From Paracoccaceae bacterium (GTDB lineage: Bacteria > Pseudomonadota > Alphaproteobacteria > Rhodobacterales > Rhodobacteraceae): 64,000 nt of DNA. The stretch covers positions 8,313 through 72,312 of the forward strand of contig CANBRQ010000001.1 of NCBI GenBank assembly GCA_947371955.1, read 5' to 3'. Shown piece by piece: positions 1-9,928 of this stretch. Made by a program: the position numbers and the translations under genes. Below the pieces are notes generated by a model that did not search any database, was not told the DNA's origin, and worked only from the letters and a program-made list of their open reading frames with translations. Within the stretch, counting starts at the first letter, position 1. Every line of letters starts with the position of its first letter.

Positions 1-867
1 GTGCTGGATCTGGACGTGATCAACGGTCTGGCAGCGTTTCTGGAGGTGGAGGGGCGGCTGGAAAAGCTGGACCTGTCCTTCAAGAAGCAGAACCCGGAAC
101 CGTTGCGCGAAAAGGTCTCTAACCCCGCCGAAATGGCTGCGGGTCTGGGGCGGATGGATTTCTTCAACATCGACCAGACGCCCAGCTTTGAACCGCGCAG
201 GCAGGCGGCGATCAAGGACTATGTGGCGGGGGTGGATGTGCCCTTGCTGTTCCAGCCGGTGAAGGGCTCGGTCGAGGTACAGGTTCGCACCTGGTTGCAG
301 AGCTATGGCGAGGTGGTGAGTGCCTTTGACCGGCAAAGCCTGAAAGGCTGGCGGCAGGACAGGCCGGGCCATCGCAGCTTTACGGTGCTGCGCCATCCCT
401 TGGTGCGGGCTCATGCGGCATTCTGCGAATACCTCGACAAGGAATGGATGCCGGAACTGCGCGGCCATCTGAAGCGGGTGCACAAGGTGGACTTGCCGGC
501 CAAGGGGCAGGGCTATGGCGATGCGGCCTCGCATCGGGCGGGGTTCCTGAAATGGCTGGAGATGACCAAGCATCTGCATGCCGGAAGGACGGAACTGCGC
601 ACGCCGCCGCATCTGGCCACGCAACTGGCGACGGTGACGGGGTTTGCGCAGTTGCAGGCGCCCGACCATCTGCTGCGCGAGGAGCGGTTGGCGGAGGGGC
701 TGGCGTTTCTGTGCGCCGAAGTGGGGGTGGTGATGAAGGCCATTACCAAGGCGGATGCGAAGGAGGACTTCCCTCTGGCCGAGATTTACGGCCCCGAACT
801 GGAGACTGCCGCGCGGGATGCCTATGGCAAAGACTACGTCGCCTTTGGGTATGGCGACTGGCGATAG
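1..867 (+). CDS. Sulfotransferase-like protein (NodH/Stf0-like), 5' truncated by the window edge
   Basis: ORF open from base 1. KQNPEPLREKVSN and HRSFTVLRHPLVRAHAAF resemble PAPS-dependent sulfotransferase motifs of the Rhodobacteraceae NodH-like protein. Confidence 0.6.
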   Translation: MLDLDVINGLAAFLEVEGRLEKLDLSFKKQNPEPLREKVSNPAEMAAGLGRMDFFNIDQTPSFEPRRQAAIKDYVAGVDVPLLFQPVKGSVEVQVRTWLQSYGEVVSAFDRQSLKGWRQDRPGHRSFTVLRHPLVRAHAAFCEYLDKEWMPELRGHLKRVHKVDLPAKGQGYGDAASHRAGFLKWLEMTKHLHAGRTELRTPPHLATQLATVTGFAQLQAPDHLLREERLAEGLAFLCAEVGVVMKAITKADAKEDFPLAEIYGPELETAARDAYGKDYVAFGYGDWR

Positions 868-1295
868 GCCATCAGGCGGGTTTCTCCGCGCTGGACAATT
901 TGCCCATGGTGGTTTTCCACCTCGATGGCCAGCGTCAACAGGCCCTTGTCCGCCGCGTTTCGTTTGGCTTTGACGGTGATGCAGGCGCGGATGCGGTCGT
1001 TTGCGAAGACCGGGGCGCGGAAGGTCCAGTTGTAGCCAAGGCTGGCGAACGTGTTCAGTTGGGCGGGTGCGTTGGATTTCAGGCCCTCGATCACCGACAG
1101 GATCAACAGGCCATGCGCGACACGGCGGGGGAAGCCGTGGGCTTGCGCGCCCTCGTCTGACAGGTGGATTTCGAAGCGGTCGTTTGTGAGGGCGGCGAAT
1201 GTGTCGATGGCTTGTGGTGTGATCTCGGCCCAGTCGGTCTGGAGTTGGTCGCCGATGGTCAGGCTGTCAAAGCCGTGCAGGCCGGGGGGTAGCAT
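834..1295 (-). CDS. MaoC-family (hotdog fold) dehydratase
   Basis: FAALTNDRFEIH (D-x4-H hydratase motif), AHGLL, FRAPVFANDRI. ATG at 1295 directly abuts the nagA stop at 1296. Confidence 0.85.
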   Translation of the reverse strand: MLPPGLHGFDSLTIGDQLQTDWAEITPQAIDTFAALTNDRFEIHLSDEGAQAHGFPRRVAHGLLILSVIEGLKSNAPAQLNTFASLGYNWTFRAPVFANDRIRACITVKAKRNAADKGLLTLAIEVENHHGQIVQRGETRLMAYRQSPYPKAT

Positions 1296-2402
1296 TCAGG
1301 CCAGCCCGGTTTTGGCGACGGTCCAATCGGGGTTGAGCAGCAGAAGGTCGTTCAGGCTTTGGCCGATCAGGCCGGGGTTGCGGCCGATGACCCGCGCCGG
1401 GATTGTGGAGGCCATGCGCAGGGTGGTGGCGGGGTCGATGTGCAGGACGTTGATCAGGCGCGTGACGCTTTCGGCCATGGTGATATGGGCACCGGCAAGC
1501 GACCCTTCGGCGTTGACAAGGCGGCCATTCACGAGACGGATTTCGTTGCCGTAAAGCGTGAAGTGATCGGAACCGCCGACCGTGGACATCGAATCCGAGA
1601 CGAGGAAAGTGGTGTCGGGCAGGGGCCGCGCGCGCAGGGCCAGTGCCACCATCTCGTCCGCCACATGGATGCCGTCACAGATGATGCCGGTGTAGGCGGT
1701 GGAGTTGATGCAGGCTCCGGTGACGCCCGGGGTGCGGTTCAGCATCGGCGACATCGCGTTGTAAAGGTGGGTGAAGCAGGTGGCACCCTCGGTCAGGCAG
1801 GCGCGGACATGCTCGGCCGTGGTGTCAGAATGGCCGAGGGAGACGACGGCGCCGGTCTTGACCAAGGACGCGATGTCACCGGGTGAGACGCCTTCGGGGG
1901 CGACGGTGATCATGACGGGGACTTGGGCGGCGCGCAGGCGTTGGACGATGGCCAGCGTGCGCTGGTCGAAGGGGCGGATGAAGCGGGCGGCGTGGGTGCC
2001 GCGGCGGGCGACGGAGAGGTGCGGGCCCTCGATATGCAGGCCGAGGATGCCGGGGAGGCCGTGGGCCTGCAACGCGGCCTCGGCAGCGGCGTCAAGCACC
2101 TCGGGTGCATCGGTTATGACGGTGGGCAGCACCGCGACTGTGCCGAACCGGCGGTGGGCGGCGGCGATGGTCTGCATGGCGGCGGCGGTGGGGCTGGTGT
2201 TCACAAGGGCATCAGCCCCGCCGTTGACCTGCAGGTCAAGGTAGCCGGGGGTCAGGGTACCGCGCAGGGTTTGCGGCTCGGTTCCGGTGGGGAGCGTGTC
2301 GAGAAGGGCGCTGACGGTGCCGTTCTGCACGGCAACATAGCCTGCGCGCAAGGCTTGGCCGTCGAAGATCCGGTCAGGGTGCAGGTAGGTTGTTGCGGTC
2401 AT
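1296..2402 (-). CDS. nagA: N-acetylglucosamine-6-phosphate deacetylase
   Basis: PGYLDLQVNGG, LHIEGPHL, LGHSD, THLYNAMS, DGIHV, GSLAGA motifs; 368 aa. Confidence 0.95.
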   Translation of the reverse strand: MTATTYLHPDRIFDGQALRAGYVAVQNGTVSALLDTLPTGTEPQTLRGTLTPGYLDLQVNGGADALVNTSPTAAAMQTIAAAHRRFGTVAVLPTVITDAPEVLDAAAEAALQAHGLPGILGLHIEGPHLSVARRGTHAARFIRPFDQRTLAIVQRLRAAQVPVMITVAPEGVSPGDIASLVKTGAVVSLGHSDTTAEHVRACLTEGATCFTHLYNAMSPMLNRTPGVTGACINSTAYTGIICDGIHVADEMVALALRARPLPDTTFLVSDSMSTVGGSDHFTLYGNEIRLVNGRLVNAEGSLAGAHITMAESVTRLINVLHIDPATTLRMASTIPARVIGRNPGLIGQSLNDLLLLNPDWTVAKTGLA

Positions 2403-2472
2403 GGCGCCTCGCTTCCGCTGCGGTGCAGCGTGGCGGCTCTATCGGGGACAGCGGGGGGGAAGGGAAGGGGCG

Positions 2473-3396
2473 TCATGTTTCAGCCCGGTAGAGATAGGCG
2501 GCATAGGCGGCGCCGCGCGCGCCGGTGGTGTCCCCACCTTGGGCGAGGAGGAGCGGCGGGTAGGGGAATCCGGGCAGGGCGGTGTGCGTCAAGGCCGCGG
2601 TCAGGTCTGTGATGAGGTTGGGGGCACGAGAGAGGCCACCCGCGAGGACGATGCAGGCGGGGTCCACGGTCAGGGTCAGGGTGTGGATCAGCTCGGCGGT
2701 CAGTTCGCACCAGATCGCCCAGCATTTGGCAATGTCAGGGTCTGTTTGGCGCAAACCCACGATGTCTTCGGGAGAGAGGGTGCGTTTGGCGACATGGGCG
2801 ACGATGCGGGCGAGGCCGGGGCCCGCGATGAGCGTTTCGGTGCAGCCCAAGCGGCCGCAGCCGCAGCGGATTATGGGCAGGTCGTGGGCGATCACCGTGG
2901 GGGCGGGCAGGGCGAAGTGGCCGAACTCGCCGCCAAGGCCGGAGGGGCCCTGCAGGAGGCGTCCGTCTATGACGATGCCGCCCGCGAGGCCGGTGCCGAG
3001 GTTCAGGGACAGGGCGGAGCGATAGCCTTTGGCGGCGCCGAACTGGGCTTCCGAGAGGGTTTGGGCGCGGCAATCGTTGACGTAGGTGATCTTGCGGTTG
3101 GCTGCGGATTCGATGTCAGCGGGAAAGGGTTTGCCGGTGGCGGGGAGGTTGGCGGTGAGGGCAAGGCCGGTTGTGGGGTTGATCAGACCTGCGGCGGCGA
3201 TGCCGATGGGAAGGTTGGGCGCTTGGGCTTCGACCCAGGCGATCTGGTCGGCCATGGCGGCGACGAGATCGGGATAGGTCTTGGGGGTGACGGTGCGGTG
3301 GGATGTGAGCCTGTTCCAGCCAGAATCGAACAGCTGCGCCTCGATCTTGGTGCCGCCGAGGTCGATGCCTGCTGCGATGAGGGTCGCTTCGGTCAT
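2473..3396 (-). CDS. nagK: ROK-family kinase, probable N-acetylglucosamine kinase
   Basis: GIDLGGTKIE, YVNDCRA, LGTGLAGG, GEFGH and the CGCGRLGCTE Zn motif; located in a nag cluster. Confidence 0.85.
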   Translation of the reverse strand: MTEATLIAAGIDLGGTKIEAQLFDSGWNRLTSHRTVTPKTYPDLVAAMADQIAWVEAQAPNLPIGIAAAGLINPTTGLALTANLPATGKPFPADIESAANRKITYVNDCRAQTLSEAQFGAAKGYRSALSLNLGTGLAGGIVIDGRLLQGPSGLGGEFGHFALPAPTVIAHDLPIIRCGCGRLGCTETLIAGPGLARIVAHVAKRTLSPEDIVGLRQTDPDIAKCWAIWCELTAELIHTLTLTVDPACIVLAGGLSRAPNLITDLTAALTHTALPGFPYPPLLLAQGGDTTGARGAAYAAYLYRAET

Positions 3397-4400
3397 ATCG
3401 TCTGGGTCACTTTGGAGAGGGTCTCTGGGCGATCAGGGTCGTGACCCAAAGCGAGGGCGGTGGCGAGGACGAGGGGGTAGGTCAGGCAGAGGAGCATGGC
3501 GGCGGCTGCGGCTGGGGTCAGGTTTTGCGCGCCAATGTCGGAGGGGCGGAGGCGGTAGGTGGTGCCACCGGCGGCTTTGAAGCGGGCCTCGGCAGTGTCG
3601 AGGGAGGCTTGGACGTCGGGTTGTTCGGTGTCGAGGATCAGGATCAGAAGCGGGTTGGTGGCCAGTTGCAGGGGGCCGTGCAGGACTTCGCTGGACGAGT
3701 AGGCCTCGGCATGGATGGCGCAGGTTTCCTTGAGTTTGAGGGCGAGTTCCTGGGCGGCGCCGTAGCCGGTGTCGCGGCCGATGACATAGACGTGGTTCGC
3801 GCGGAGGAGGGCGGAGAGGAGGGCTTTGGTTTGCGGGACGGGCGCGAGGGGAGCGTCAAAGGCTTTGGCGGAGGCCTCGGCCTGTGGGGCATAGGTCGGG
3901 GCAAGGTGGGAGAGCAGGGCCATTCCGGCTGCGATGGAGCCTATGACGGACTTTGTGGCCGGGACGGCGAGTTCAGGACCGGCGCCGATGGGCAGGATCA
4001 GGTGGGCGTGTTCGGAGACTGGGGAGTTGGGCGCGTTGATCAGGCCTATGACGGTGGCCCCTTTGGTCCGCGCGCCTTGGGCGGAGAGGACGAGGTCATT
4101 GGAGGCGCCGGATTGGGAGACGACAAGGGCTAAAGCCCCGTCGAGGGATACGCCGCGGCCCACGGAGAAGATCGAGGGGGGGAGGGAGGTCATGGGGAGG
4201 CCGGTTTCGCGCATGAACTCGTAAGACAGAATGTTGGCGGCGGCGTCGGAGGAGCCTCTGGCAATGGTGTAGATCGCGGTGGGGCGCAGTTCGGCGAGGT
4301 GGGCAGCGTTGAACGGGGTGACGGCGGTGCGAATCGTGCCCGCGAAGACCGCTGGGGCCTCCGCCAGTTCGGATTGCATATGGGCGCCGGGGGTTGTCAT
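3393..4400 (-). CDS. nagB: SIS-domain glucosamine-6-phosphate deaminase (NagB-II, GlmS C-terminal-like)
   Basis: Start moved to ATG 4400 (ATGA overlap with the upstream stop). ARGSSD, SQSG, GPELAVPATKS, ELALKLKET, SEVLHGP motifs; no glutaminase domain. Confidence 0.85.
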   Translation of the reverse strand: MTTPGAHMQSELAEAPAVFAGTIRTAVTPFNAAHLAELRPTAIYTIARGSSDAAANILSYEFMRETGLPMTSLPPSIFSVGRGVSLDGALALVVSQSGASNDLVLSAQGARTKGATVIGLINAPNSPVSEHAHLILPIGAGPELAVPATKSVIGSIAAGMALLSHLAPTYAPQAEASAKAFDAPLAPVPQTKALLSALLRANHVYVIGRDTGYGAAQELALKLKETCAIHAEAYSSSEVLHGPLQLATNPLLILILDTEQPDVQASLDTAEARFKAAGGTTYRLRPSDIGAQNLTPAAAAAMLLCLTYPLVLATALALGHDPDRPETLSKVTQTI

Positions 4401-5539
4401 TTGCGCAGGCCGTAGCTGTCGAGTTTGGCCCAGATGGCGGAGAGGTCCACGACCGTGCCGGATTCGCGGGCTTGGTCGAGGCCGAGGGCTGCGATGCCAG
4501 CTTCCATGGCATCGAGGACGGAGACGGGCAGGCCTGCGGCCTCGCCGCGCAGGAATTTGGTGATGTCGCGGCACATCAGGGTGTCCGCACCGTAATGGGC
4601 GCCTTTGACGGCAGGGCCTTGGGTGTAGTCGTTGTCCACAAGGCGGCGGCCATCGCGGGCGGTGACTTTCAGGAAGCCGCGGACGAAATCGCCCTCGGCC
4701 ATGCCATGGGTGCCCATGATGCAGAAGCGGCGATGTTCGTCCGGGACATTGAGGTTGGTGTGGAAGGCGAGGCTTGCGCCGGTTTCGTATTGCAGGATCG
4801 AGGTCTGGAAGTCGATGATGTCGCCGTCGGAGTGGAAGGGGTCTTCGACGGACTCCCAGACGGATTTCTTGACGTGGAAGATCTCGGCCTCGGCATTGTT
4901 GGACGGGGCGTTTTCGGGGAGGAAGCTTTTGCGTCCGCCGAAGGAGGCCACTTTGGCGGGGCGAGAGGCGGTGACCATGTTGTAGATGTCGAGGTCGTGG
5001 CAGCACTTTTCCAACAGGAATCCGCCGGAATAGTGAACCTTCCGCCGCCAGTCGCGCATGAAGAAAGCGCCGTGGTAGGGGGCGATATGCTCGTTGGCTT
5101 CAAGGGATACGATGCGGCCGAGCTGCCCCTCGGCGAGCGAGGCGCGCAGGTCCACCATGTGCTGCGAATAGCGCAGGACGAGGCCGATCATGGCGCGGTT
5201 GGCACCGCCGTGGATCGAGAGAAGGCGGGCGAGTTCGAGGGTTTCGTCGATGGAGACGACGACGGGCTTTTCGGTGAACATCTGGACGCCGGCTTCAAGG
5301 CCAAGTCGGATGTGTTCAAGGTGGAAAAGGTTGGGGGAGAACACGCAGAAGAGGTCGGGTTTGGCATCCGACAGCATCGCCTCGACGGAGGGATAACGCG
5401 GCACATCGGTGCCGATCATCTCCAGATAGGTCGGCTGGGGGTCGTAGAAGCCGACGAACTCGACCTCGGGCATCTCGGCTTTCAGGGTGGACAGGACGTG
5501 ACCGGCCCTGAGGCCGATGCCTGCTGTGACAACGCGCAT
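4397..5539 (-). CDS. Gfo/Idh/MocA-family NAD-dependent oxidoreductase
   Basis: N-terminal Rossmann-like GIGLRAG, FTEKP, GLVLRY, GGFLLEKCCHDLD; 380 aa. Confidence 0.9.
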   Translation of the reverse strand: MRVVTAGIGLRAGHVLSTLKAEMPEVEFVGFYDPQPTYLEMIGTDVPRYPSVEAMLSDAKPDLFCVFSPNLFHLEHIRLGLEAGVQMFTEKPVVVSIDETLELARLLSIHGGANRAMIGLVLRYSQHMVDLRASLAEGQLGRIVSLEANEHIAPYHGAFFMRDWRRKVHYSGGFLLEKCCHDLDIYNMVTASRPAKVASFGGRKSFLPENAPSNNAEAEIFHVKKSVWESVEDPFHSDGDIIDFQTSILQYETGASLAFHTNLNVPDEHRRFCIMGTHGMAEGDFVRGFLKVTARDGRRLVDNDYTQGPAVKGAHYGADTLMCRDITKFLRGEAAGLPVSVLDAMEAGIAALGLDQARESGTVVDLSAIWAKLDSYGLRK

Positions 5540-5550
5540 TATAGTCTCCT

Positions 5551-6648
<1,098 letters not shown>

Positions 6649-6672
6649 GGGGTCCTCGGGCTTGGGGAAGGG

Positions 6673-6697
6673 GCGGGCGACCCGAGGGGTCGCCCGC
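6673..6697. other. Perfect 11-bp intergenic hairpin between the binding-protein and ATPase genes (probable mRNA-stabilising stem-loop)
   Basis: GCGGGCGACCC-GAG-GGGTCGCCCGC, with no U-tract after it on the minus strand. Confidence 0.7.
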
Positions 6698-6705
6698 TGT
6701 AGGAG

Positions 6706-7920
6706 TTACTTCACGTCAGCCAGATCGACGCCAGCTTGCTTGACCAGATCGTCAACCGACCCGCCCTCGCCCAGCATCACGCCTTGGATCATGGTGGTGA
6801 ACACGCCTTGCAGCGATTTGAAGTCGGTGACCATCGGCTCGGGGCCGCCGGTCGAGATGCCGTCAACGAAGATCTTCCAGAAGGGATCATCCATGTAGAA
6901 CGGCTTCGCCACGCCCAGCTTTTCGTATTGGAAGATCGGCGTCAGGCCCCAGGACTGGTCGAGGTCGTACTGCGCGTCGCCCGAGGTCATGGCCGCTGCC
7001 AGCTTCTGGGCGGCGGCTTGGACAGCCGGGTCCTTCTGCTTGAAGACGGCGATCGAGTCGGTGATCAGGATCGTGCCCGACTTGCCCGACGGGCCATGCG
7101 GCACCGGCACGACAAGCATGTTCTTCACGGCATCCTTGGACTGGCCACGGGCCCACGGACCCGAGACATACATGCCCAGCTTCTGGTCGTTGAACAGGTC
7201 CTTCATCTGGTCACGTTCCCAGGCGGTCGGGCCTTCTTCGGCGTAGGGCAGGATGTCCTTGTACATTTGCAGGGTTTCGCGGGTCTGCGGGCTGTCCAGC
7301 AGGGCCTCGCCGGTGTCAGAGTTCAGCACGGCGCCGCCGTTGGAGTAGAGGAAGTCGAGGAACATGTGCATCGTGTTGTCGAAGTCTTTGCCGGCGATGC
7401 CGATGCCCGCGACATTGTCTTTTTCCTTGATCGCCTTGGCCATGGCGATCATGTCAGCCCAGGTTTCGGGCGCTTTGCATTCCAGACCGGCTTTCACAAC
7501 GAGGTCGCAGTTGATGTAGAGCGCCTTGGTCGAGAAAGCATGGGGATAGCCCCAGTACTTGCCGCCCGAGGAGACGGTCTTCAACACGCCGGGCTGGTAC
7601 TTGTCGACCATGTCAGGCGCGATTTCCGCCGGAACGATCAGGTCTTCCTTGGACAGCTTCAAGAGCGTGCGCGAGCCGATGTAGGCCAGACCGACCGGGT
7701 TCCCAGCAGCGGCAAGGGTCATCGCCTTGTCCTGGCAGGTGCCCCACGGAACCTGCTCGACATTGACCTTGATGTCGGGATTGTCAGCCTGGAACTTGTC
7801 GGTCACGACCTTGTCAGCCGGGCGCGGATCGCCGCAGAGGATCACGGACAGGTCCGTCGCATGGGCCGCCGTGCCGCCCATCAGGGCCGCGACGAGCAGC
7901 AGAGTCTTGGTGTATTTCAT
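6706..7920 (-). CDS. Sugar ABC transporter periplasmic substrate-binding protein
   Basis: Start moved to ATG 7920 (MKYTKTLLLVAALMGGTAAHA signal peptide, GGAG upstream); SBP_bac_1-like sequence, 404 aa. Confidence 0.9.
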   Translation of the reverse strand: MKYTKTLLLVAALMGGTAAHATDLSVILCGDPRPADKVVTDKFQADNPDIKVNVEQVPWGTCQDKAMTLAAAGNPVGLAYIGSRTLLKLSKEDLIVPAEIAPDMVDKYQPGVLKTVSSGGKYWGYPHAFSTKALYINCDLVVKAGLECKAPETWADMIAMAKAIKEKDNVAGIGIAGKDFDNTMHMFLDFLYSNGGAVLNSDTGEALLDSPQTRETLQMYKDILPYAEEGPTAWERDQMKDLFNDQKLGMYVSGPWARGQSKDAVKNMLVVPVPHGPSGKSGTILITDSIAVFKQKDPAVQAAAQKLAAAMTSGDAQYDLDQSWGLTPIFQYEKLGVAKPFYMDDPFWKIFVDGISTGGPEPMVTDFKSLQGVFTTMIQGVMLGEGGSVDDLVKQAGVDLADVK

Positions 7921-7955
7921 TTTTAACTCCCTTTGTTGGTAGGCTTTGGTGTTGG

Positions 7956-8804
7956 TCACTCTTTCACCGCGCCGGCGGTCAGACCGGCGACGAGGTATTT
8001 CTGCAGGAACAGGAAGACGATGATGACGGGCAGGATGCCGGTCAGGGCGGCGGCCATCATCTGGTTCCATTCCACCGACTGGTAGCCGATGAACTCGAAC
8101 AGCCCGGCGGCGAGGGGCTGGTATTCGCGCACCTGATTGAAGGTGATGGCGAAAAGGTATTGCTGGGCATAGGCGCCGATGAAGACCGAGACGCCGACGA
8201 CGATCAGGCCCGGCACGGCCAGTGGCAGCACAACGCGGCGCAGTGTGTAGATGCGGGAGGCGCCGTCGACGAAGGCAGCTTCCTCCAGTTCGCGCGGGAT
8301 CTTTTCCAGATAGCCGCGCAGCAGCCAGATTCCGGTCGGGATCAGGAAGGCGACACCGGGGATGATCATCGACCAGTAAGTGTTCAGCAGGCTCAGGGTC
8401 TGCATGACGCGGTAGAGCGGGATCAGCAGGACCGCGCCGGTGAACATGTTGACGGCAAGGAAGGCCCCCAGCGAGATGGATTTGAAGGGAAATTCGAGGC
8501 GGGCATAGGCATAGGCGGCGGGGATCACGAAGATCATCGTCAGGACGGTGACCATCGTGGCGACATAGATCGAGTTCAGGATGTAGCGGCCCAGCAGCGG
8601 CACCTTGATCCACATGTCATGGTAGGCCTGGAATGAGAATTCAGTCGTCCAGAATTCATAAGGCGAGTGGAACAGGTGGCTCATCGGCGAGAGACTGGTG
8701 CGGAACATCTCGACGAATGGCAGAAGGATGAAGGTCAGGAACACCAGAATGGCGGCGTAGATGCCGATCTTCTGCCAGATGTTGTAGCGGTCCATAAGCA
8801 TCAC
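7956..8804 (-). CDS. Sugar ABC transporter permease (MalG-like)
   Basis: Multiple hydrophobic helices; EAA motif ELEEAAFVDGAS. Confidence 0.95.
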   Translation of the reverse strand: MMLMDRYNIWQKIGIYAAILVFLTFILLPFVEMFRTSLSPMSHLFHSPYEFWTTEFSFQAYHDMWIKVPLLGRYILNSIYVATMVTVLTMIFVIPAAYAYARLEFPFKSISLGAFLAVNMFTGAVLLIPLYRVMQTLSLLNTYWSMIIPGVAFLIPTGIWLLRGYLEKIPRELEEAAFVDGASRIYTLRRVVLPLAVPGLIVVGVSVFIGAYAQQYLFAITFNQVREYQPLAAGLFEFIGYQSVEWNQMMAAALTGILPVIIVFLFLQKYLVAGLTAGAVKE

Positions 8805-9718
8805 TTCACCCCGTAGAATTTGTTCACGCGGTTCAGAAGCGTGAGGTAGAGCAGCGAGAACAGGCCCAAAAGGATCACGATGGCCACCGCGCGGGCGGAC
8901 CCCTCGCCGAACTTGAAGTTGCCGATGGCGGTCTTGTAGGTGTCGATGATCATCGTGGTGGTGCCGCCGCGCGGGCCGCCTTGGGTCAGGATCCAGATGA
9001 TGTCGAAGGAGTTGAAGGTCCAGATCGCGGACAAGAGCGCCATGGAGACGATCACCGGCATGATCTGCGGAATGGTGATGCGGCGGAAGCGGTACCAGCG
9101 GCCTGCGCCATCAACCCAGGCTGCCTCATAGAGGTCTCGGGACACGCCCTGCATGGCAGCAAGGAAGAACAGCGAGACCATCGGCGTGCCGACCCAGACA
9201 TCGGTGATGATGCAGGAGTAGAAGGCGGAGTTCTTGTAGGCGAGGAATTCGAAGGGTCCGCTCAGCAGCCCGAACCGCTGCGCCATGCCTGAGACGATGC
9301 CGAATTGGCCATTATAGACCCACAACCAGCCGATGCAGCCGATGGCGATCGGGATGACCCACGGCGGCATGATCAGCATGCGGAACAGGGCGCGGCCGGG
9401 AACGGCGGCGCTGAGCAGCGTGGCGCCGATCAGGCCGACGATCAGTTTCAGCGAGACGGAGAGGACCATCCAGTAGAAGGTCAGCCCGATGATCGTGAAA
9501 AACTTCGTGCTGCCCAGCAGCTTTTGGTAATTTGACAGCCCGACCCAGCTTTCGCTGTTCATGTCGGCATTGGTGAAAGACAGGCGGATCGTCTCCAACA
9601 GGGGCCAGGCGACGATGACACCGATGAAGGCGACGGCGGGGAAGATGAGGGCCCAAGCAAACCACGCCTCTGACAGGCCTCGGCGGCGTGCTTTTGCTGG
9701 CAGCGAAGTCTCGGTCAT
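8801..9718 (-). CDS. Sugar ABC transporter permease (MalF-like)
   Basis: Multiple hydrophobic helices; DLYEAAWVDGAG EAA motif; first gene of the leftward operon. Confidence 0.95.
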   Translation of the reverse strand: MTETSLPAKARRRGLSEAWFAWALIFPAVAFIGVIVAWPLLETIRLSFTNADMNSESWVGLSNYQKLLGSTKFFTIIGLTFYWMVLSVSLKLIVGLIGATLLSAAVPGRALFRMLIMPPWVIPIAIGCIGWLWVYNGQFGIVSGMAQRFGLLSGPFEFLAYKNSAFYSCIITDVWVGTPMVSLFFLAAMQGVSRDLYEAAWVDGAGRWYRFRRITIPQIMPVIVSMALLSAIWTFNSFDIIWILTQGGPRGGTTTMIIDTYKTAIGNFKFGEGSARAVAIVILLGLFSLLYLTLLNRVNKFYGVK

Positions 9719-9770
9719 CCGTTTCCCCGTTTCCGTTCGGTGCCGTGGCGCCGAATCTCTTGTTGAGGGA

Positions 9771-9814
9771 ATGTTACCAAAGCTGAAACGTTTTGCTACC
9801 TATATAATACCAAT
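9771..9814. promoter_or_regulatory. Candidate GntR (NagQ-type) operator repeats upstream of the ABC operon
   Basis: TAATACCAAT at 9805-9814, a weaker TACCTAT 11 bp upstream (9797-9803) and GTTACCAA at 9773-9780. The reverse complement contains TGGTATT. Confidence 0.65.
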
Positions 9815-9909
9815 TAGGTGAAATTTCTGCCTCCGCCTGATTTTCGGCTTGTTTTTTGCCCGAATCGAGCGCCAAATGATCCGAGTGGTCTGGTTTGACC
9901 GCAGAAATG

Positions 9910-9919
9910 TAATACCAAT
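9910..9919. promoter_or_regulatory. Second exact TAATACCAAT box just upstream of the GntR gene (likely autorepression site)
   Basis: Identical 10-mer to 9805-9814, ending 9 nt before the ATG at 9929. Confidence 0.65.
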
Positions 9920-9928
9920 CGCAGTGCC

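Noticed and set aside
1-867. NodH-like sulfotransferase as a sign of Nod-factor-like chito-oligosaccharide modification linked to the nag operon
   Set aside because: The gene is truncated, convergent to the nag operon and resembles a widespread Rhodobacteraceae polysaccharide-locus gene; no nodABC genes are present.
4401-5006. Apparent 200-aa N-terminal extension of the SIS protein (ORF 3393-5006)
   Set aside because: Out-of-frame overlap with the Gfo/Idh/MocA gene, with Arg/Pro-rich nonsense sequence; the ATGA-coupled start at 4400 is better supported.
7921-8613. Apparent N-terminal extension of the binding protein (ORF 6706-8613)
   Set aside because: Overlaps the permease in another frame; a clear signal peptide and RBS start at 7920.
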